This document shows positions 46,579 through 60,435 of a DNA stretch of 64,000 bases, in pieces. Numbering within the stretch: position 1 is the first letter of the stretch; every line of letters begins with the position of its first letter. Made by a program: the position numbers and the translations under genes. A model generated the notes under the pieces. The model worked only from the letters and a program-made list of their open reading frames with translations, was not told the origin of the DNA and ran no database searches. Source of the stretch: the human T2T-CHM13v2.0 reference genome, Homo sapiens; assembly GCF_009914755.1 (NCBI RefSeq), contig NC_060934.1; one strand, written 5' to 3'.

Positions 46579-48074
46579 AGAAATGACAAATGCATTAACT
46601 GGACTAACAACTAGGATTGTGGTACTGGAAAGTCCTTAGTTCATTCCAGCTCCTGCTTTTTACAAACGAAGACATGAAGCCCAGAGATGTTGGCCAGCTT
46701 GAATAAAAACTCACACAACTAATTAGGGTATTAGATCTTGGGTCTGCACATTCTTAGTTCAGGCACTGGGCTGGAGAAACCTGCAAAGTAGAAAATTAGC
46801 CCATCCTCTCATTTGGTTCATGTTTGACCCCACCAAGGGAACAAGTAACACTGCTCTTCCTAGGTGGGGGGTTTAACCTTGCTGTAAGTTTTCTATTTTT
46901 AGCCCCTATAGAAGGCCTACTCCCTGCAGATTCACACTGGCTAACAGACTGCTGTGGGATTTAAGGCACTCTCCATGGTGTTGCTTTGTGCTTGCCATGA
47001 CAACGAAATTTAATAGAAATAGAGTTTTCTAGTTGAGTATTCTGGTGAAGACTTTAAAGCCAGATTACAGCTCTGACTCTGAAGCTTAAATGATGCAAGT
47101 GATTTGTACTGGCACATAGTAGGCATACCATAATACCTGCTGAAAGTCAGAATGAATATATATATGCAATTAGTTGCATGAGGGAGCTGGAAAACCTAAC
47201 AGCTGAGAACTGAGCTGTTACTTAAAGTCAATACTTAAGTCAGTGTGGAGCAAGTTTATCATATCCTCCTTGGGAAGTGGTGTAGCTCTGGATTTTCATA
47301 ATTACCTGACACTCTGTGTGAGAAATCATTTGCCTGATTCCAAAGGACTGTGTCTGATCTTTAGGCCACTTATTAGCTCTGCAACCCAGGGGGTTCCTTC
47401 TGCACACAGATGTTTGCTGCAGACATGGAAAAAGTAGCAGGAATCTGCTCTGGGTTCCCCTTGCAGGCCCTTTATCTGGGGCAATTATTCAAATCTTAGA
47501 GGGTCTGTGTTCAGTCCCCATAAGGCTGCTTTTCAGCAAATGTAATCAACATATTTAATAAATGGATCAAAAAAATTTAAACAGCCTCTCTGGTTCAAAC
47601 CTTTCAAACCTGTATTTGAAAGGCAGCCGTTCTGGCCACAAGGGGTGAATGTTATTTGATAAATGGAGAGGAAAGGGAGCTAAAAAATCTCCATTCAATT
47701 CCTAGGTCTTTCAGCAGAGATTCTCTAACTATCCCAGCCTGAAGGGCTCTTTGCTGTCTCAAGGAAATCTATATTCTATATTAATCATTTGACCTTCCTC
47801 CCCTTCTTCTTCACTTCCTTTCTGCCTCTTTCTCTGTCTCTTTTCCTACCTATTCTTCCATTCTGCCCACCTCTTTTCCTCTCCACCACCCTTCCTTTCA
47901 CAGTCATGATGGAAAAAGCCCAGGCTTTTGGAGTCAGAATTAGCTTCAAATTCTTACTACCTCTCATGCTTTTTAGTGGCATGACCTTCAGCTGTATTCA
48001 TCGCATCTCCAGCAGCATCCTCTCTTGTGCATAAACGGCTGCCAATGTCTGCCTCGTTGGTTACTGTAACAAAG

Positions 48075-48242
48075 GACTGTTTCTCAAACTTCAGTGGTCA
48101 TGAGAGTCACCTGGGGAGATAGGTGAAAATGCAGATCTTCAAGATCCACACCTACAGATTTCAATTTATTAGGTCAAGGTTCCAGACATCTGCATTTTGA
48201 CCAGCTCCACAGGCTCCACAGGTCCCACTTTGAGAAACACTG
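48075..48242. mobile_element. MER5A-like hAT-Charlie MITE
   Basis: Terminal inverted repeats TGTTTCTCAAA / TTTGAGAAACA and internal AAAATGCAGAT / ATCTGCATTTT. Confidence 0.8.
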
Positions 48243-48415
48243 GATATGTGCCTAAACATTTAATATAGTAAGATCCATTGTAATTACTCTAAAGGTGAGA
48301 GCTATGATCATTAACAATTCAGCAAACATTTATTGAACATCTACTATGTGCCAGGCATGATGTCAGGCCCTATAGACACTTCCCATTTAATTCATTTTAA
48401 CATATATTTAACTTC

Positions 48416-49075
48416 TATATATATATATGTCCCATATCTATCTCATATATATGTCCCATATATATCTATCTCATATATATGTCCCATATATATCTATCTC
48501 ATATATATGTCCCATATATCTATCTCATATATATGTCCCATATATACATATCTCATATATATGTCCCATATATACATATCTCATATATATGTCCCATATA
48601 TACATATCTCATATATATGTCCCATATATACATATCTCATATATATGTCCCATATATACATATCTCATATATATGTCCCATATATACATATCTCATATAT
48701 ATGTCCCATATATACATATCTCATATATATGTCCCATATATACATATCTCATATATATGTCCCATATATACATATCTCATATATATGTCCCATATATATA
48801 TATCTCATATATATGTCCCATATATATATATCTCATATATATGTCCCATATATATATATCTCATATATATGTCCCATATATATATATCTCATATATATGT
48901 CCCATATATATATATCTCATATATATGTCCCATATATATATATCTCATATATATGTCCCATATATATATATCTCATATATATGTCCCATATATATATATC
49001 TCATATATATGTCCCATATATATATCTCATATATATGTCCCATATATATATCTCATATATATGTCCCATATATAT
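48416..49075. repeat. 28-bp minisatellite TCTCATATATATGTCCCATATATA(C/T)ATA, about 24 copies
   Basis: Period 28 (e.g. TCTCATAT at 48551 and 48579); the translation repeats every 28 aa (3 units). Confidence 0.95.
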
Positions 49076-51243
49076 CATATATATCCCATATATATCCCAT
49101 ATAGTATATATATCATATATATCATACATATATGATATATATCATATATATCATATATATATCATATATATCATATATATCATACGTATCATATATATGA
49201 TATATATCATACGTATCATATATATATCATATATATGATACGTATCATATATCATATATATGATACGTATGATATATATGATACGTATCATATATACATC
49301 ATATACATCATATATATCATATATACATCATATATATCATATATACATCATATATATCATATATATCATATATATCATATATACATCATATATATCTCAT
49401 ATATACCATATATATCTCATATATACCATATATATCTCATATACCATATATATCATATATACCATATATATTATATATATATACCATATATATCATATAT
49501 ACCATATATATCATATATATACCATATATATCATATATACCATATATATCATATATATACCATATATATCATATATAACATATATATCATATATATACCA
49601 TATATATAATATATATCATATAAATCATATATATCATATACATCATATACATCATATACATCATATACATCATATATGATATATACATCATATATCACAC
49701 ATATGATATATACATCATATATCACACATATGATATACATCATATATCACACATATGATATACATCATATATCACACATATGATATACATCATATATCAC
49801 ACATATGATATACATCATATATCACACATATGATATATATCATATATCACACATATGATATATATCATATATCACACATATGATATATATCATATATCAC
49901 ACATATGATATATATCATACATATCACATATATCATATATATCATACATATCACATATATCATATATATCATACATATCACATATATGATATATATCATA
50001 TATATCACATATATCATATATATCATATATATCACATATATCATATATATCATATATATCACATATATGATATATATATCATATATATCACATATATGAT
50101 ATATATATCATATATATCACATATATCATATATATCACATATATCACATATCATATATATCACATATATCACATACATGATATATATCATATGTGATATA
50201 TATCATATATATCATATGTGATATATATCATATGTGATATATAGCATATATATCATATGTGATATATATCATATGTGATATATATCATATGTGATATATA
50301 TGGTATATATGATATATATCATATATATCATATGTGATATATATGATACATATGACATATATCATATGTGATACATATGACATATATCATATGTGATACA
50401 TATGACATATATCATATGTGATACATATGACATATATCATATGTGATACATATGACATATATCATATGTGATATATGTCACATATATCATATGTGATATA
50501 TGTCACATATATCATATGTGATATATGTCACATATATCACATGTGATATATATCATATATATCATATATATGATATATATCATATATATCATATATATGA
50601 CATATATCATATATCATATATATGATATATATCACATATATATATCATATATATCACATATATATCATATATATCATATATATATCATATATATGATATA
50701 TATCATATATATATCATATATATGATATATATCATATATATCACATATATATCATATATATCACATATATATCATATATATCATATATCATATATATGAT
50801 ATATCACATATATATCATATATATCATATATATATCATATATATGATATATCACATATATATCATATATATCATATATATCATATATATATCATATATCA
50901 TATACATGATATATATGATATATATGATATATATATCATATATACATCATATATATCATATATATCATATATATCACGTATATGATATATATATCATATA
51001 TCTCATATATATATCATATATATGATATATATATCATATATATCTCATATATATATCATATATATGAGATATATATATCATATATATCTCATATATATAT
51101 CATATATATGATATATATATCATATATATCTCATATATATATCATATATATATGATATATATCTCATATATATCATATATATATGATATATATATCATAT
51201 ATATATCATATATATATGATATATATATCTATCATATATATAT
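49076..51243. repeat. Complex (TA)-based tandem array (ATCATATAT variants)
   Basis: Continuous AT-rich array made of successive motif blocks. Confidence 0.95.
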
Positions 51244-51564
51244 GCCTTGTTCTCATTCCACTAGTTGTAAGTGCCTGGAGGGCAGAGTAAAACAGCATAA
51301 TGTGGCATAGAAAAACATCAGTGTTTGAAGACATGAACTCTAACCCTGATTTTATTCTTTATTACCTATATTACTTTAGGCAAGTCACTTTACTTCCTAG
51401 AACTTTATTTTCTTCATCAAAAACTGGAAAGCCAATGAGTACAGTGGTTAAAAGCCCAGGGTTTGCCATCCTGGCTGTAATGTGTTCTAGGTTTGTGATC
51501 TTGAGAAAGTTACTTAACTTCTTTGGGCCTGTTTCCTCCTATGTAGAAAGGGGATTTATTTGTT

Positions 51565-51945
51565 CAGCATTCATTCTTTTAACAAATATTTTTTGAGCAC
51601 TTTGATCAGCACTGTGCTAAGTCCTGGGAATATACTGGAGAGTAAGACAGACAAGGACCCTGACTCACATAGCTTACAACTTAACAGTGGACATAAATAT
51701 TAAACAGACAACTACATCCATAACCCAGCACATAGAATTATTGTGACAAATCCTGTCATAATAAATTTTCCTAGTACGCACTAACCTTGTCCAGGAGTGT
51801 CAGGGAAGACCTCCTCAGAGAGGGCATACTTGGGATGAGCTCTGAGGGATGAGTAGGCATTACCAGATAAAGAGGCCCTAGAGACAGGAAAAAGCAGGGC
51901 TCTTAAGTAAAGGGATGCCAAGGTGGCTAGAACTGAGTGTACAAG
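51565..51945 (-). mobile_element. L2 3' end, with MIR fragments on both sides (51290-51560)
   Basis: CATTCATTC...AACAAATATTT..TTGAGCAC...GCACTGTGCTAAG. Confidence 0.7.
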
Positions 51946-52232
51946 GTCCTCCCTACCTCACAGGTGTTCAAAGATTAAATGAGGTAATTGGTGGTATACA
52001 CAAGTGACACTTTGAGAACCACTTAAGGTCCTAAATGCCTGTTGACCAAGTTGAATTTCCCACAATACTCAGCTTTAGGCCCTGCACAGAATAACCTCTC
52101 CATAATTATTTGATAATATTTTATATTTTTAGGGTGAGAAAAGGACTTTGAAAATCTCCATCCTCTCATTTAACAGGGGAGGAACTTAGGACCAAAAAAG
52201 AAGTAGCAGCTGTCTAAGAAATGGGAGGAGCT

Positions 52233-52572
<340 letters not shown>

Positions 52573-53869
52573 TTATGTTTTGCCATGAAGGCAGTGGGTG
52601 TAAGAGGTTAACCTGCAGGCACCTCACAAGATGACGGAGATAACTTGGCACTCCAATGAGTGTATCTTTCAGACTTTAAGATTTTGTACTAAATAAATTG
52701 ATTCTTGGAATAGTCTTGAGAGCGAGTCAAAAAGTAACTTCAATGAGATATAATATTTTCAAAGCAAACACACCCCAGCACAATAGCCTATCTCCATTTA
52801 CGTAGAAGTTAGTACATATTAATTCCTCTTCTCCTTCCTGCTTTTTAAATGTGTGTAGGCCCCTTTTTTATGGAATTAATAATAATTATAAATGAAGTAG
52901 CAACAACGATAACAGCTGACTTTATCAGTGTGTGTCCCTGTCAGGCAGGGTTTTTACCTCCATCATCATAGCACATTCGATCCACCGCTATATTAAGAGG
53001 TAGGTCTTGATTATCTTCATTTCATAGATGAGGAATTGAAGGAACAGAAAAGTCTAGTTACTTGACCCAGGCCCTAGAACCAGGATTTGAATCAAGTCTG
53101 ATGCCAGAGCTTGGGATCTTCATTGCATTTGATGTGATAATTCATTTGTGAAAAAACAAAGCAATTCATTTGTTTTCATTTGTCAAAAACAAAACAAAAT
53201 TTCAACTAAGATAACTGTTGAGCTCTTTACCGTTAAAATAAAATCGGGTGTTGAAATGAGTAACAGCAAGCCTTGAGAAAAGACACCCTGAGAAGTCAAG
53301 AGGATGCATTAACTGTCTACAGATGAACAGAATCTCTTCTCTTCTTTGAACAAGAAAACCCAGCAGTAACTTTTATCTAGGTTTCACATTTCAGGAGTTA
53401 CAGTAGGGGTAAACCAAAACAGGTTAAAAAAAAAAAAAAAAAAAAAGCAAAAGCCCAGCAAGCTGAGACATCAGAGTCCTTCAGAAGGAATGATTTGCCG
53501 TCTTCTCTTCAGGACATCCCCTCTTTAGGAGGACAAATTTTTTCTCCAGGGAAAGGGGCGTCCGCCTCAGAAATGGGGGTGTAGGTGAGGGATCTTGTTG
53601 CTTTAACTGTTTGTTCATTAATCCCTGCACTTTACTAGATTTAGTTCTGCCTGTTAACGTAGCCTCAGGACACTTGGCTAGGAAGGCTGGAGTGTACTCT
53701 CTGGGTTAGTTATTTTGGGACATTCTCGCCCTGCTGCTTGGGATGAAGAGGTCCTAATTAAATATCCGGACCTTCCAACGGGTAGATTTTCAAAGAAGAT
53801 GCCCAGCTATGCTGCATCCTCATCCACACTCTCCCGCTCCCCCCAAACTAGTGCAAAAAAGCTTGCCAG

Positions 53870-54560
53870 GGCCTGCAGAAAGCGCCGCGACTGCGAGGCT
53901 GACACGCGTCTTTCCTTCCCTCCCCCGGGGAATGATCCCAGCATCTCTCGCAGTGATGTCAGTGTAATCCTGAGTCGGATCGGGCTCCCGGCTGGGTGGC
54001 GGGGGGGGCAGATGATGCTCCCGCCAGCTGGGCAGAGCAAGGGTGTTCCCCGCGGAGGTGGCAGCCCTGGGCCGCGGCGTTCCGGAACCCCCGCACCCAC
54101 GGCGCGGTGCCCCACGGTGCCCGCGAGCGCCGCCCCCGCTGGCTAGCCGCGCCTCGCTCCGCCCTGGACGCCGCCGGTCCCGGCGCGGAGGTGCGGCGGG
54201 GAGTGGGAGCCGGCCCGGCTCAGTCTGATTTACGGCTCTGCTGAAAACCGCTTCGCTCCCGCAGCATCAGCACCGGAGGCGGCGGCTGCAGCAGCAGCAA
54301 CAAGTCGGGTAAGAGGCGGCCGCCGGCCATCTGCGCCCGCGGCTCGGCGGAGGGGACCTGCCGGGGTGGCCGGGGCTGGGGAGGGGGTCCCCGAGCCCGC
54401 AGCATGGCGGGGAGTTGGGAGAGCCAGCTTCCCGGCCCCCACCAGCAGGAACTCATGTGCACACGAATCCACTCTGGCACCCGTGGGCTGGCACGCAGCG
54501 GAGAGGGGGCGGGGAGAGCTGGGACCCCGGGGCAGGGTCATTGCCAGCCTGCCCTTCTCT
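53870..54560. promoter_or_regulatory. ZNF365: CpG island / ZNF365 promoter region
   Basis: Abrupt GC- and CpG-rich stretch ~1.5-2 kb upstream of the first coding exon, containing a splice donor. Confidence 0.9.
54000..54308 (+). other. ZNF365: ZNF365 non-coding exon 1 (5' boundary/TSS uncertain); contains (GGC)3-TG-(CAG)3(CAA)2
   Basis: Donor CGG|GTAAGA at 54308/54309 inside the CpG island; it would join the acceptor at 56030/56031. Confidence 0.75.
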
Positions 54561-55711
54561 GGCAGAGTCACTTAGGGCTCTTCATCAGCCCAGTGGACTG
54601 GGTTTCCTCTGGGCCCATAAAAGCCTGCGTGCTCTGGAGTGTGTGATTACCCATTTCCCCATCCAAAATGCCACCCTTTTCCCATTGCCCCCTTAGAATC
54701 CTGACTTCCCCTTTCCTTACCTCTTGTCAGCGTCTTTGGCCCTATGCTGAGCCAGGGTTTGCATCTCGTTCCCAGAAAACCAGTGGTTAAACATCCCGGT
54801 GTACCCATCACAGGAAGAGGTTCCCCTCTCTGGGGGCCGGGGGCTTCACCTAGAAGCCTTGCCTGCCTCGCTGCCTGGGGACCATTTGCACCTCTGCTTT
54901 TGAAGAGGTTGAGGACACTTTTCACCCAAAGACCCCAGCTGGGCTCCCTCATTTCGGGTCCAATGCTTGTTACATTTAAGTAGAAACCTTTCATGGAGGA
55001 ATAGAAGATATGCACTGCTTGCAGAATTGGGTTGCCAACAGTCATCTGTTGCTAGGGTGAAGATAATGCATTCCTACAAGGAAACCAGAACTTCCTGTTA
55101 TTAAGAGAGTATGCTGATAGCTACCTGGTTCACACACTGACCATCCCTAGAGGTTGTCATATAAAATAGCATCTGAGACAAGACAAATCCGTCCAGAACA
55201 CTCTATTATAATAAAAATCTTGGCCATGGCCCCACTTATGCCAAATGGTATTTGACACATTGGGTCCCCAGGTTTCAGTGAAACTCACGTATGGGGTCTG
55301 TTATTGTTACGATTAGCACTTTGGTTTATGTCATCACAGCAATACCTGAAGGAAAAAAAGGCAAAAATTTCAGGGTGAAAAATTTTCAGCTGATTGCAGG
55401 CTTAATGCCACTGTGCATAGCTTGAGTAATCTTTCCTGTACTTGAGGATAGGTCCTGAGCTTGCTGTCTTAGGACCCATTTTGACAATTCATGTGAGTTT
55501 TCATATGTTCTTGTGTTCACGCATCTCGGATTGTATCCTTAAAATGGGGCACGGTTTTGCATTTAGTGTGCCAAATTCAGGAGGGGAGGAAACTTGAATT
55601 CCACTTCTGGATCTACCACTTTCCATCTGACCTTGGATTAATGGCTTTACTTCCTTGCTTCAGTGTTCTCTTCTGTGGAGAGGGAATGTTACCCACCTTT
55701 TTGATTCTAGG

Positions 55712-55895
55712 TAGGAGTTGGCAAACTTTTTCTGTAAAGGTAGTAAATATTTTAGCTTTTAGGAGCATAGAGTCTCTGTCTCAGTTACTCACCACTGCCA
55801 TTGTGGTTTACAATAAATAATACAGAAATTGATACGGCAGCAGTAAATAATGCAGAAATTGATGTGGATGGATTTGGCCCATGGGCTGTAGGTTT
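55712..55895 (+). mobile_element. MER58A-like hAT-Charlie element
   Basis: GTTGGCAAACTTTTTCTGTAAAGG...TAGTAAATATTTTAGCTTT...GGATTTGGCCCATGGGCTGTAG. Confidence 0.75.
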
Positions 55896-56043
55896 TAAGT
55901 GCAACATAAAATATTATGTGCAAAAGTCACTTGAAACCAAAAAGCCTCTGCTGTCATGGAGATGAGCAGCAATCATTTTAGTAGTGTGTTTTTCAGCCGA
56001 CTTGTAAACTACCTATTTCCCCCCTCCCAGGACTTTTAGAGTA

Positions 56044-56786
56044 ATGCAACAGAAGGCTTTTGAGGAAAGCAGATATCCCTGGCAGGAGTCCTTTGAGAAT
56101 GTTGCTGTGTGCCTGCCATTACGCTGCCCGAGGTGTGGAGACCATACCAGATTTAGAAGCTTGTCATCCTTGAGGGCCCATCTGGAGTTCAGTCACAGCT
56201 ACGAAGAAAGAACCCTCTTGACAAAATGCAGTCTCTTTCCATCCCTCAAAGACACAGACCTAGTCACTTCCTCAGAACTCCTGAAACCGGGAAAATTGCA
56301 GAGCAGTGGCAACGTGGTAAAGCAGAAACCGAGCTATGTTAACTTGTACAGCATTTCACATGAACATTCCAAGGACAGGAAGCCATTTGAGGTGGTGGCA
56401 GAGAGGCCTGTGTCCTATGTGCAGACCTACACTGCCATGGACCTCCATGCAGACTCGCTGGATGGGACACGGTCGGGTCCTGGACTGCCCACCTCAGACA
56501 CCAAAGCTTCTTTCGAGGCACATGTCAGAGAAAAATTCAATCGAATGGTTGAGGCTGTGGATAGGACCATTGAGAAGAGAATTGATAAACTCACCAAAGA
56601 GTTGGCCCAGAAAACTGCGGAACTGTTGGAAGTTCGGGCAGCTTTTGTGCAGCTGACTCAGAAAAAGCAGGAAGTTCAGAGACGAGAGCGGGCCTTAAAC
56701 AGACAGGTGGACGTGGCCGTGGAAATGATAGCTGTACTGAGGCAACGCCTGACGGAATCTGAGGAGGAGCTTCTTAGGAAAGAAGA
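56044..56786 (+). CDS. ZNF365: ZNF365 (DBZ/Su48) first coding exon: C2H2-like zinc finger plus coiled coil; partial CDS
   Basis: Recognised protein MQQKAFEESRYPWQESFENVAVCLPLRCPRCGDHTRFRSLSSLRAHLEFSH. Acceptor CCCCTCCCAG|G at 56030/56031, ATG at 56044, donor GA|GTAAGT at 56786/56787 (743 coding nt, phase 2). The ORF-track TAA is intronic. Confidence 0.97.
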
Positions 56787-58770
56787 GTAAGTGTTGCTGA
56801 CAGGGGATGCTAACCCCATTGCTTTAAGCAGCACCCCAATCCCCTTACAAGCAAATGCTAAGCAAGGTTGATTTTTGCTATTTGCAGGTGCCTTGACTGC
56901 ATTTCTTATTGATATAGTTGAACCAGGAGGAACAAGGCTTTGATATCATTTACCCTCTGTGTGCATGGTCTGCAACCTAGCAGCATTAAAGTCAAATATC
57001 TAATTCCTTCTCAACTGGGAATTTGTAAACCACAGACTATGCTTTTAGAGAGAAGACTAGCACAGCCTAGCCATGGTGGGATCCATTCCTAGCACCAAAT
57101 GGCGTGCAAGGGTGAGTTGAATGGGAAGGCAGAAAGGGTGAGCTAACTGAGCTGTTCCTTCTTGACAGTCTCCGTATTATAAAGTCAATGCAAGATGCTG
57201 TCTTAAGTTCAAAAACATTCCTCCAGTATAAATAAGTTTGGTTTATTTGCCATTTTGTATTATCTGCCCAGGTTAATTAAATGTTAGTAGCTGAGAATCC
57301 ATTTAATTTAATTTATATTTGGGAGAAGCAGACATTAGGGCACCCAGAGGAAAGACTTTCTGATATTGCTATACTTCTATGATTTAAGTTTGAGACTTGA
57401 CTTTTTGGCAAATGATGTATTTTTTTTTGTTATATTTAAGTTTTGCCCACTTGCAAAGAGTTGAGATTGGTTTTCACAAGTTATAGATCATAGAAGCTAT
57501 TGCTTGAGAAATCATCATACTTAGAGAAGCATTTCTTTATCAGTAAGTATAGATTTAACCCAAACTAGAAAAGTGTACATTACAAGTCAGTGTATTTCCC
57601 AAATGCAGAATGTCAGATTTCATTTTAAATAGAGGTTTAGAAATTCATGGAATCAAAGGACATTAAAATTGATGGAGTAAAACATCCTAGAAGGTAGGTT
57701 TCCAAATAATTTGAGTTCTATTATAGAGATTGATTTAATTTCATCTTTTCTTTGCCCTCTGGCACTCTTCTATTTTGTGTTGTCTCTTAAAATGTAATAA
57801 TTAGAACTTCCTGAGACACTCCATAGATTAAAGAGATCATTACTTGCTATCACTTAAATGCTTACGTTCTACCTTGAGGGGAAGCCTAGACATTTTTTGT
57901 TCAGGCGAGACATTTTTTAAATTACGTAGTTAGGATGGATTTGAATCAGCCTCTGACTTACTTTGCTCCTAGGGAAATAATCTCTAATGAAAAATGTTTC
58001 CCTTTTGGTTTCTGGTGTTTCCTGGTGGGAAGTTAGTGTCTAGACCCGTTAATGGCCACCAGAGTGACCCGCACTGTGCTGTTGAAAAAAGGGCAGATGT
58101 GGTTACTCTATGCGTAAAGAAAGGCCTAGAATTAAATTTGAACATTTTTGCTTCATTCAAGAGCAGTGAGTTTAAAAGGCAACAAAATTAATTTTTTGAA
58201 CTTATTTATTTGTTGTATTTTACTAATTAATTACACGAGTAATAACGAACATGAGATCTGGGGTAGTAGTTGCCTGGAGTGATGGGTTCAAGAATGCTTA
58301 ATTGTTAAAAATATCTGTCTAAATAAAAGTGGGCTATGCATGGGTCAGTTACATGTTATGGTTAATCCAAGGCTGCCACCTGAGCACCAACTGAAAAACT
58401 AAGACATGTTAAAACAGGAAAAACTTGAATAGGAGAGAATTATATGTGTAAAAGTAGCCTCTCCAATCCAAGCACATCCTATCCTGTCCTTCAGAGACAG
58501 CCACTGTTAAGTTCCGTAAATGTCCTTCCAGACCTTTCCTGTGTGCCTGCAATCGTACACACACAGATTCCATTTTTCTAAATGAAATTGTGACACATAC
58601 TGTTCTGCCAATTGCACGCTGAATTGTTTTTGTTTTTAATATAATAGATTTCAGGCATCTTTTGTTTACTAAGTACAGAACTATACTACTCTTTTTGACT
58701 GTTGTGTAGTATTCCATGGTATGGATGCATCATGATGCATTTAACCAGTTTGTTATTGATGAATATATAG

Positions 58771-59173
<403 letters not shown>

Positions 59174-60044
59174 ACAAGGTGATTTTTGTATGTCATTTCT
59201 GGACTAATAGAAAAAAGCAATGATATTTTAAAAAAAGAAAACAAAGTGTTTTAAATGAAAGCGCAGTGAAATTGCCTTAAACTTTTAAACATAAACAAAG
59301 TCTTTTTTTTTTTTAAACGTTCATTTGGGCCAGTCCCATCAGTTTCTGTATTCAGGCCTCAAATAATCACTCTTTCTGTACATAAAGTGGGACTGAAAGA
59401 GTCTTGTTTCCAGGGAGGACACTGGAGCTCTTGGTCTAAGAATGGGACTGTGGACAGCACCCTCAGTGTCTGCAGCGTCTGGCCTCCCCACCCCCGCACC
59501 CCTGCCCTCTGAATGGGGATGCAGAGGGAGCTGCCCACCTGTCACACTGTTAATACTGGGTTGATTTGACTGCATCTGCCTGGCTGGGTGGTGGGTGCAT
59601 CTTCCATCCTAACCACCACCTCAGAGAGCTGTTGCTTCCACCAAAGAGTTGGCCTTTCAGATAAGGGAAGACTGTATTTTGCCAAGGACCATACCCGGAG
59701 TTGGGCTCCCCTGCCAAACACTTCCACATGAGCTCCCTAGGCCCATTTGTGAGAGAAAGTAGGTTGTTAACCATCTCATTCACAATTGACTTAAACTCTG
59801 GGGACCCTTTGAAACACGGATAGTAGATTTGGTTTAAAAAAAAGCAAACATCTATTATTTAAAATTCACATAAGCTTCTTTTGCTTATGGATCTTTTCCT
59901 TCAACTTTTAAAATCCTTTCTTTCAAGTTAAAATAAAAGACCCAAAGGCTGCTTCTGCCCTGAGGCCATCTATAGGCTGAATCAGCCAGACTGTAGAAGT
60001 TGTACATATACTCATAGCAGAGGAGGTTGTTTGAATTGAGAATA

Positions 60045-60435
60045 CACTTGACTCTTGAATGACTCAGGTTTGAACTATGCAGTTCCACTTAAACGAAGAG
60101 GTTTTATTGTCTGTGCCATCAATGAGACAGCAAGACCAACCCTTCTGTTTCTCCTCCTCCTTTACAATGATCCATTTCCATTTAATGAGAAGTAAATATA
60201 TTTTCCTTATGATTATCTTAATAACATTTTCTTTAGCTTACTTTAAGAATACAGATATGTAATACATGTAATATACAAAATCTGTGTTAATCATTTGTTT
60301 ATGTTATCAGTAAGGCTTCTGGTTAGCAGTAGGCTATTAGGAGTTAAGTGTTTGGAGAGTCAAAAGTTATACTTGGATTTTCAACTGCATAGGAGATTGG
60401 TTCACCTAATCCCTGCATTGTTCAGGGGTCAACTA
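60045..60435 (+). mobile_element. Tigger2a/MER28-like DNA transposon
   Basis: TIRs CACTTGACTCTTGAA / TTCAGGGGTCAACT after TA; GAGACAGCAAGACCAACCC motif. Confidence 0.8.

Noticed and set aside
48416-49075. 28-bp repeats resembling a CRISPR array
   Set aside because: Head-to-tail units with no unique spacers, no cas genes, eukaryotic DNA.
48333-51025. Long Y/I/H/S-rich ORFs (up to 301 aa) in several frames
   Set aside because: Artefacts of a stop-poor tandem repeat; periodic translation with no gene context.
54267-54286. Possible REST/RE1 site (TCAGCACC) in exon 1
   Set aside because: Only the left half-site matches; GGACAG is absent at the canonical spacing.
54278-54303. GGC/CAG repeat in the 5'UTR as an expansion-prone locus
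   Set aside because: Only about 3 pure units of each, and interrupted.
53715-55045. Multiple overlapping ORFs in the CpG island
   Set aside because: Expected in GC-rich DNA; P/R/G/A-biased and unrecognisable. A uORF from the ATGs near 54012 depends on an unknown TSS.
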